Source: a virus
Direction: 5' to 3' (one strand)
Virus genome (UHGV): UHGV-0194287
Length of the DNA: 13,450 nucleotides
Below the pieces are notes generated by a model, which saw nothing but the letters and a program-made list of their open reading frames with translations, did no database searches and had not been told where the DNA came from. Positions 7,965 through 13,450 of this stretch are shown here, one piece after another; the stretch's first letter is position 1, and each line of letters begins with the position of its first letter. The translations under genes and the position numbers were made by a program.

Positions 7965-10336
7965 TGAACTACAGCTATTCCTGGAATGCTGAGAAAAAAG
8001 CAATCAATCCTTACGTAGAGACAGAAGAGCAATCTTCAGTTTCTGCGCTTTCAAACCTGATCACTCTGTACGCTGTCGATAACGAGCAGGAACAACTGCG
8101 TCGCGAGGCACTGAGTGATCAGGTCTGGGAGCGTTATTTCTTTAATGAATCCCGTGATCCTGTCCAACGCGAAATGGAGCAGGATAAGCTCATTAGTCGG
8201 GCAAAGCTGGCGCATGAGCAGCAGCGTTTTAATCCGGATATGGTCATTCTGGCGGACGTCAACGCCCAGCCTTCCCATATCAGCAAGCCGCTGATGCAAC
8301 GTATTGAATACTTCAGCAGCCTGGGCAGGCCAAAGGCTTATTCCCGCTATTTGCGTGAGACGATTAAGCCATGTCTGGAACGGCTGGAGCATGTACGCGA
8401 CAGTCAGCTATCCACTTCTTTTCGCTTTATTGCGAGCCATGAAGGGCTGGACGGCCTGCTGATCCTGCCTGAAATGAGTCAGGATCAGGTGAAACGCCTG
8501 TCCACCCTGGTAGCTGCGCATATGAGCATGTGCCTTGATGCCGCTTGTGGTGATTTGTACGCCACCGATGATGTTAAGCCAGAAGAAATCCGCAAGACAT
8601 GGGAAAAGGTGGCAGCGGAAACCCTGCGTCTGGATGTCATCCCGCCTGCGTTTGAGCAACTCCGCCGGAAAAGAAACCGCCGTAAACCCGTGCCCTATGA
8701 ACTCATTCCGGGTTCGCTGGCGCGTATGTTGTGCGCTGACTGGTGGTACCGGAAATTATGGAAGATGCGTTGCGAATGGCGGGAAGAGCAGTTGCGTGCT
8801 GTCTGCCTTGTCAGCAAAAAAGCATCTCCCTATGTCAGCTATGAAGCCGTGATGCATAAACGTGAGCAGCGCCGTAAGTCGCTGGAGTTTTTCCGTTCTC
8901 ATGAACTGGTGAACGAAGACGGCGACACGCTGGACATGGAGGATGTGGTAAACGCCAGCAGCAGCAACCCTGCGCATCGCCGCAATGAGATGATGGCCTG
9001 TGTTAAAGGTCTGGAGCTTATCGCGGAAATGCGTGGCGACTGCGCCGTTTTCTACACCATCACCTGTCCGTCACGTTTCCATTCCACGCTAAATAACGGC
9101 AGGCCCAACCCGACCTGGACAAATGCGACGGTAAGACAAAGCAGTGATTATCTGGTCGGCATGTTTGCTGCATTTCGTAAGGCGATGCACAAAGCCGGAT
9201 TGCGCTGGTATGGCGTGCGGGTGGCTGAGCCGCATCATGACGGCACAGTTCACTGGCACCTGTTGTGTTTTATGCGCAAAAAAGACCGCCGCGCCATTAC
9301 TGCTTTGTTGCGTAAGTTTGCCATTCGTGAAGACTGCGAGGAGCTGGGTAATAACACGGGGCCACGCTTTAAGTCTGAGCTGATAAACCCGCGCAAAGGA
9401 ACGCCGACAAGCTACATCGCGAAATATATCAGCAAGAACATTGACGGGCGTGGTCTGGCTGGCGAGATCAGCAAGGAAACGGGTAAATCTCTGCGTGATA
9501 ACGCTGAATACGTGAATGCCTGGGCGTCTTTGCATCGTGTTCAGCAATTCCGCTTCTTTGGTATTCCGGGACGTCAGGCTTACCGTGAACTTCGCTTGCT
9601 GGCTGGTCAGGCGGCAAGGCAACAGGGTGACAAAAAAGCAGGTGCGCCGGTACTGGATAACCCGCGTCTTGATGCCATTCTGGCTGCTGCTGATGCTGGT
9701 TGTTTTGCCACCTACATCATGAAGCAGGGCGGCGTACTGGTTCCCCGTAAATATCACCTCATCAGAACCGCTTATGAAATCAACGAAGAGCCGACCGCCT
9801 ATGGCGATCACGGTATTCGTATTTATGGCATCTGGTCACCCATTGCAGAGGGCAAGATCTGCACTCATGCAGTGAAGTGGAAAATGGTTCGTAAAGCCGT
9901 TGACGTTCAGGAGGCGGCAGCCGACCAGGGCGCTTGCGCCCCTTGGACTCGTGGCAATAACTGTCCCTTTGCTGAAAATTTGAACCAACAGGAGAAAGAT
10001 AAATCAGCTGATGGGGACCCCAGAACGGACATTACCAGCATGGATGACAAGGAGTTGCACGATTACCTGCACAGTATGAGCAAAAAAGAGCGCCGGGAAC
10101 TGGCAGCAAGGTTACGCCTGGTGAAACCGAAACGGCGTAAAGACTACAAACAGCGAATTACAGACCATCAGCGACTGCAGCTCGTGTATGAGCTGAAGTC
10201 CAGAGGATTTGATGGCAGCGAGAAAGAGGTCGATTTACTCCTTCGCGGAGGCAGTATTCCGTCAGGAGCAGGCCTGCGTATCTTCTATCGGAACCAGCGT
10301 TTGCAGGAAGATGATCAGTGGCGGAACCTGTATTAA
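7964..10336 (+). CDS. Rolling-circle replication initiator endonuclease, P2 gpA family (790 aa)
   Basis: HUH motif in [10 protein letters not shown] (~9244-9270) and paired active-site tyrosines YIAKYISK (~9411-9434), as in P2 gpA and phiX174 A. Size close to P2 gpA. Confidence 0.9.
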   Translation: MNYSYSWNAEKKAINPYVETEEQSSVSALSNLITLYAVDNEQEQLRREALSDQVWERYFFNESRDPVQREMEQDKLISRAKLAHEQQRFNPDMVILADVNAQPSHISKPLMQRIEYFSSLGRPKAYSRYLRETIKPCLERLEHVRDSQLSTSFRFIASHEGLDGLLILPEMSQDQVKRLSTLVAAHMSMCLDAACGDLYATDDVKPEEIRKTWEKVAAETLRLDVIPPAFEQLRRKRNRRKPVPYELIPGSLARMLCADWWYRKLWKMRCEWREEQLRAVCLVSKKASPYVSYEAVMHKREQRRKSLEFFRSHELVNEDGDTLDMEDVVNASSSNPAHRRNEMMACVKGLELIAEMRGDCAVFYTITCPSRFHSTLNNGRPNPTWTNATVRQSSDYLVGMFAAFRKAMHKAGLRWYGVRVAEPHHDGTVHWHLLCFMRKKDRRAITALLRKFAIREDCEELGNNTGPRFKSELINPRKGTPTSYIAKYISKNIDGRGLAGEISKETGKSLRDNAEYVNAWASLHRVQQFRFFGIPGRQAYRELRLLAGQAARQQGDKKAGAPVLDNPRLDAILAAADAGCFATYIMKQGGVLVPRKYHLIRTAYEINEEPTAYGDHGIRIYGIWSPIAEGKICTHAVKWKMVRKAVDVQEAAADQGACAPWTRGNNCPFAENLNQQEKDKSADGDPRTDITSMDDKELHDYLHSMSKKERRELAARLRLVKPKRRKDYKQRITDHQRLQLVYELKSRGFDGSEKEVDLLLRGGSIPSGAGLRIFYRNQRLQEDDQWRNLY

Positions 10337-10428
10337 TTACGCGGGTTAACAATTCGTGCTCTTAATAATACCAGGCATATCAGGCTGATGAACGTAAAAA
10401 AACGTTTTACATCAGTAAGATTATTATA

Positions 10429-10448
10429 TACTGTAAATATAAACAGTG
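10429..10448 (+). promoter_or_regulatory. LexA (SOS) box
   Basis: TACTGTAAATATAAACAGTG is an exact CTGT-N8-ACAG with AT-rich spacer, inside the promoter region about 40 nt upstream of the RBS of the next ORF. Confidence 0.7.
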
Positions 10449-10489
10449 GTTATACATACAGTATTGCGTGTGGTGTCATAGGAGGAAAG

Positions 10490-10678
10490 ATGCAGGACTA
10501 TTTTTTGGAGTCTTTGAAGCTCCAGCGCATTGATTTTTTTCTTAAGCTTGTAGCGGCTAGTGAGTGTAGTGATGAAGAGAAGGGGCTGGCTCTGCAGTGG
10601 GTTTCTGAATTGACTGATGAACTCATGGCAAAAATCAGAACCCACGAATACAACCGCTCAATGGATGTCATCAGCTGA
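10490..10678 (+). CDS. Small SOS-regulated protein (62 aa), candidate Tum-like antirepressor component
   Basis: ATG 10490 preceded by TAGGAGG; immediately downstream of the LexA box; its stop is embedded in the RBS of the DinI-like gene. The track ORF from 10388 would include the promoter, so the internal start is preferred. Confidence 0.5.
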   Translation: MQDYFLESLKLQRIDFFLKLVAASECSDEEKGLALQWVSELTDELMAKIRTHEYNRSMDVIS

Positions 10679-10688
10679 GGTGACTTTT

Positions 10689-10922
10689 ATGCGCATTGAA
10701 ATAATGATCGATAAAGAGCAGAAGATTAGCCAGTCTACCCTAGACGCCCTTGAATCCGAGCTTTACCGCAATCTGCGCCCCCTGTATCCCAAAACGGTAA
10801 TTCGCATTCGCAAAGGTAGCTCTAACGGTGTGGAACTAACCGGACTGCAACTGGACGAAGAAAGAAAACAAGTGATGAAAATTATGCAGAAGGTGTGGGA
10901 AGACGACAGCTGGCTGCATTAA
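10689..10922 (+). CDS. DinI-family protein (77 aa)
   Basis: MRIEIMIDK...LDALESEL...ERKQVMKIMQKVWEDDSW parallels E. coli DinI (MRIEVTIAK...IDALAGEL...DKQRISEILQETWESADDW). GAGGTG RBS; start chosen at the internal ATG of the track ORF. Confidence 0.8.
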   Translation: MRIEIMIDKEQKISQSTLDALESELYRNLRPLYPKTVIRIRKGSSNGVELTGLQLDEERKQVMKIMQKVWEDDSWLH

Positions 10923-11055
10923 GAAACGTTGCTGGCGTCTGAACTTGCTTCTGGCGTCAGCAAGGTTGAACAACGAGCCCTTGCGAGGCGTTAGCTCTGT
11001 AGTGCATGTCTATGCCGCATGAGATCGCATGATCGTTTGAGGATCGTTTTTGCTA

Positions 11056-11082
11056 AGGCCCGCCAGAACTGGCGGGCTTTTG
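11056..11082 (+). terminator. Rho-independent terminator of the SOS operon
   Basis: GCCCGCC-AGAACT-GGCGGGC hairpin followed by TTTTG. Confidence 0.6.
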
Positions 11083-11126
11083 CGTAGATCATGCAGGTGC
11101 ATGAAAACCACTACATAAAGCGGGCA

Positions 11127-11145
11127 GGCGTGGCGGGGATACGAG
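11127..11145. other. cos-like sequence (candidate P2/186-type cohesive end site)
   Basis: GGCGTGGCGGGGATACGAG: the first 13 nt match the cohesive-end sequence of phage 186 as I remember it (GGCGTGGCGGGGAAAGCAT); the last 6 diverge. Lies between the replication/SOS module and the portal remnant, as expected for cos. Confidence 0.35.
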
Positions 11146-11158
11146 CGCGCGCTCATGG

Positions 11159-11187
11159 TTGAATTAATGAAATTATGGTGTTAAATA
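11159..11187 (+). promoter_or_regulatory. Candidate sigma70 promoter for the cargo gene
   Basis: TTGAAT, 17-nt spacer, TAAATA, about 70 nt upstream of a strong RBS (AGGGAGGAG) and the ATG at 11256. Confidence 0.35.
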
Positions 11188-11255
11188 GGCTAGCTTTTTA
11201 AGTCGTGAATATTCAATTTTTCAACTCATTTTTTTCATAGGGAGGAGTAATTGAC

Positions 11256-11954
11256 ATGGTTATGTTAGTGGATGACTGTCCACGATGTGGATCACAAAAA
11301 ATAGCGTTTGATGTTAATGGGCTGAATTGCACTAGGGTTTACAATGCATTGGGCGGGGGTAAAACATACGAGTACGAGGTCTATTGTGTTTGCCGAGAGT
11401 GTCATAAAACGACAATGTTTCTTTGCAGACCTTTAACGAAAAATAAAAATTTAGATGGCTATAATTGGGAAAGTGGAATATTCGGCTTAAAGGAAGTTGC
11501 AGAGGTTGTTAGGCCTATATCACCGGCAGACTTAGCAGTAGAGGAGCCACCAGAGTTCTTACCTGAGCATATCAATAGTGCATATGAGGAAGGGGCGAAA
11601 TGTTTGGCTATAGGTTGTTATAATGCAGCAGCAACCATGTTTAGGCTTTGCCTTGATTATGCCACAAAAGGACTTCTTCCTGATGGGGAGCAAGGGCCTG
11701 CGCAAAAAATAAGGAGAAGCCTAGGGTTAAGAATGGAGTGGTTATTTGATAATCATCTACTGCCTGAAGCTTTAAGGGAACTAGCTGAATGCGTTAAAGA
11801 TGACGGAAATGATGGAGCGCATGAAGGTATTTTGGATAAAGCTGCTGCTGAGGATCTTGAAGATTTTACCTATCTTTTTTTAGAACGGCTTTACACTGAA
11901 CCTCAACGCCTTATCGAAGCCAAGACAAGGCGTGAACAAAGAAGAAACAAATAA
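11256..11954 (+). CDS. Zinc-ribbon + DUF4145 (HEPN-like) protein (232 aa); candidate single-gene defence cargo
   Basis: N-terminal CPRCG...CVCRECH zinc ribbon. C-terminal region with AATMFRLCLDYA ... VKDDGNDGAHEG ... FLERLY fits the DUF4145 pattern (GN..AH core). Strong RBS; lower GC than the flanking phage genes. Confidence 0.6.
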   Translation: MVMLVDDCPRCGSQKIAFDVNGLNCTRVYNALGGGKTYEYEVYCVCRECHKTTMFLCRPLTKNKNLDGYNWESGIFGLKEVAEVVRPISPADLAVEEPPEFLPEHINSAYEEGAKCLAIGCYNAAATMFRLCLDYATKGLLPDGEQGPAQKIRRSLGLRMEWLFDNHLLPEALRELAECVKDDGNDGAHEGILDKAAAEDLEDFTYLFLERLYTEPQRLIEAKTRREQRRNK

Positions 11955-11962
11955 GTTCGGAA

Positions 11963-12600
11963 TTATTCTTCTGAAAGAATATAGGGCGTAAATTTAATCA
12001 CTTCTTCGCCCAGCCAGTCGTTCAGCTCTTGTAGCCTTTTTTGCAAGGGCGTTAATTCATTACGTACAAATACGCGACTGGCCTTCTCCACATCCCCAAA
12101 CCCTCCAACATTATTAGGCATAATCCCCATCATTTGCGGCGGCACGCGGTGCGCAGCCATCATGTCGTCGCGGCTGACATTTTTGATATTCAAAAACTCA
12201 TCCTTCGCCGCGACTTCTGACAATGGGATGATCTGAAGCCCGTCTTTTTTGCCGTTAGGCGAGTACATAAACAGGTTGCGGAAGTTGCCTGGACCTTTGG
12301 CGCTTTTCATCGCATTGCGGAGGTTGTTCACATCCTCCTGGTTTTGCGCGGCATCGGTCATGTACATGATAAAGCCCGCATGACTGCCGTTAATGTAATA
12401 CTTGCGACGGAACAGCGTGGCGGACTCGTTGAGCAGGGCTGACGGAATGGCAGAAAGATAACCGGGCAGGCCGTAGATCTCCTGATTAATATCCGGTTCC
12501 ATCAGATGAAAAATGCTGCCTTTCGTGAACTGATACGGCTGGGTTGTCATACCGTATTGCACAAACCAGTAGGTAACGGTTTTACGACCAGTATTGAACT
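11963..12600 (-). pseudogene. Truncated portal (gpQ-like) remnant, C-terminal ~200 aa only; N-terminal boundary approximate
   Basis: Minus-strand ORF, convergent with the cargo gene, in the position and orientation of P2 Q next to cos. Its first ~50-60 codons run through the ogr promoter and start region and look non-coding. A P2 portal is about 340 aa and no terminase or capsid genes follow. Confidence 0.45.
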
Positions 12601-12702
12601 TGAAGTGAAAATTGGTGATCTTGAAATGGAATAAATGGTTCTCAATATTGATATTTTGTGTATCATTGCAATGATTCTGATAGCAAAGGTAGGGATCTGG
12701 AT

Positions 12703-12921
12703 ATGATGAATTGTCCAAAGTGTGGTCATGCGGCGCACACAAGGAGCAGTTTTCAAGTAACAGAAAGCACCAAAGAGCGTTACTGCCAGTGCCAAAATAT
12801 TAACTGCGGGAGCACTTTTGTTACCCATGAAACAGTGGTCCGGTTTATTGTGACACCTGCAGTGATTGCCACAGCCCCTCCACATCCATTGCCAGGTGGT
12901 CAGGGCCATATGAATTTTTAA
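12703..12921 (+). CDS. ogr: Ogr/Delta-family zinc-finger late-gene transcription activator (72 aa)
   Basis: MMNCPKCGHAAHTRSSFQVTESTKERYCQCQNINCGSTF parallels P2 Ogr (CPLCQHAAHARTS...TKERYHQCQNVNCSATF); identical length to P2 Ogr; AGGGA RBS. The track ORF starts 45 nt upstream; the internal ATG is preferred. Confidence 0.85.
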   Translation: MMNCPKCGHAAHTRSSFQVTESTKERYCQCQNINCGSTFVTHETVVRFIVTPAVIATAPPHPLPGGQGHMNF

Positions 12922-12928
12922 GAAAGAG

Positions 12929-12951
12929 AACCTGCTACGGCAGGTTTTTAT
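12929..12951. terminator. Bidirectional rho-independent terminator between ogr and the convergent gene
   Basis: AACCTGC-TACG-GCAGGTT hairpin followed by TTTTTATT on the plus strand and a T-rich tract on the minus strand. Confidence 0.55.
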
Positions 12952-13430
12952 TCATCTGGGATCTCACCCGTTTCAAGAAAATGTATAAAGCCAGGCTCAT
13001 CTATGATGATAGTGCCTTTCATCCTGGCTGCCGATACTTTTGATGGGCCTGCATTGTAACCGCAACAGAGCATCTGAAGGTTTTGGGTTACAGATGTTCT
13101 TACCGTTAATCCTTGTTCATTCGCCTTATCAACCAACCTTTCTTTATCTGCTTTCTTAAATCCGGTGAAACACACATCGAATGTATTTTTTTTCGGACCT
13201 GACTGCTTAGTGAGATGTGAGTAGTTTTCGGGGAGGAATGACGCGCATTCCTGAATGGCTTGTTCTTGTGAATCGTATTGTTTAAGAATGCGGTCTTTTC
13301 GGAAGGTTTTTATTCGATCGGTGTTCTTACAAATGCCCTGTATGTGATTTTCGCTATAACTGATGCTCTGTATTGAGTGAACACCGATACGACCATTTGC
13401 ATTGATGTAAACAAAGTGAAGTTCTTCCAT
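12948..13430 (-). CDS. Small WYL-like + BRCT-like two-domain protein (160 aa)
   Basis: N-terminus LHFVYINANGRIGVHSIQ...DRIKTFRKDRI resembles the WYL-domain core (Y...R...P... R.FR.DRI). C-terminus FDVCFTGF...RTSVTQNLQMLCCGYNAGPSKVSAARMKGTIIIDEPGF follows the BRCT pattern of NAD-ligase type (F.x.TG......SVSKKT..LV.G...GSK..KA...GI.II.E..F). Confidence 0.6.
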   Translation of the reverse strand: MEELHFVYINANGRIGVHSIQSISYSENHIQGICKNTDRIKTFRKDRILKQYDSQEQAIQECASFLPENYSHLTKQSGPKKNTFDVCFTGFKKADKERLVDKANEQGLTVRTSVTQNLQMLCCGYNAGPSKVSAARMKGTIIIDEPGFIHFLETGEIPDE

Positions 13431-13450
13431 GTCAAACCTCTTTGCATGAT

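Larger units (their letters stand above)
1293..12951. mobile_element. Degenerate 186/P2-family prophage (lysogeny, early replication and SOS modules retained; structural genes missing); right boundary not established inside the window
   Basis: Gene order att-int-CI / Cox-CII-...-Dam-gpA-like / LexA-box small ORF + DinI-like / cos-like / portal remnant / ogr matches P2/186 organisation. att repeat at the left end; no second att copy found up to 13450. Confidence 0.7.

Noticed and set aside
7964-10336. Possibility that the 790-aa protein is a P4 alpha-type primase-helicase (which would make this a P4-like satellite)
   Set aside because: It has rolling-circle initiator motifs (HUH, paired Tyr) and I see no Walker A P-loop; combined with CII, Cox, Ogr and a portal remnant, a P2/186-type origin fits better.
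8051-10352. Several minus-strand ORFs (up to 240 aa) and small plus-strand ORFs within the replication gene
   Set aside because: Antisense or out-of-frame to the gpA-like gene, which carries the HUH and YxxxY motifs; GC-rich shadow frames.
10424-10645. 73-aa minus-strand ORF
   Set aside because: Antisense to the LexA-box promoter and the small SOS ORF.
12547-12909. 120-aa minus-strand ORF
   Set aside because: Antisense to ogr, whose zinc-finger motif is unambiguous.

Overview
This window is the chromosomal junction of an Escherichia-like genome (5' part of csiD/glaH on the minus strand, 1-610) with a degenerate 186/P2-family prophage integrated at a tmRNA (ssrA) 3'-end attachment repeat (1293-1337). 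All calls come from reading and translating the sequence and from recalled family motifs; no database search was run. The prophage keeps a complete lysogeny and early module: a minus-strand CI-like repressor, integrase and an AT-rich 411-aa RES-domain cargo gene in one tightly coupled operon; a rightward promoter with two 17-bp operator-like repeats; then Cox/Apl-like, CII-like, small proteins, a TraR/DksA zinc finger, Dam methyltransferase, a coupled 276-aa unknown protein, and a P2 gpA-type rolling-circle replication endonuclease. After that come a consensus LexA box driving a small ORF plus a DinI-like protein, a terminator, a cos-like sequence, a promoter-equipped cargo gene (zinc ribbon + DUF4145/HEPN-like, 232 aa), a truncated portal remnant, the late activator Ogr, and a convergent small WYL-like + BRCT-like protein. 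The virion structural genes that normally lie between portal and ogr are absent. The best candidates for an undescribed system are the integrase-coupled RES-domain protein and the zinc-ribbon/DUF4145 cargo gene, followed by the Dam-coupled 276-aa protein and the WYL-BRCT protein.
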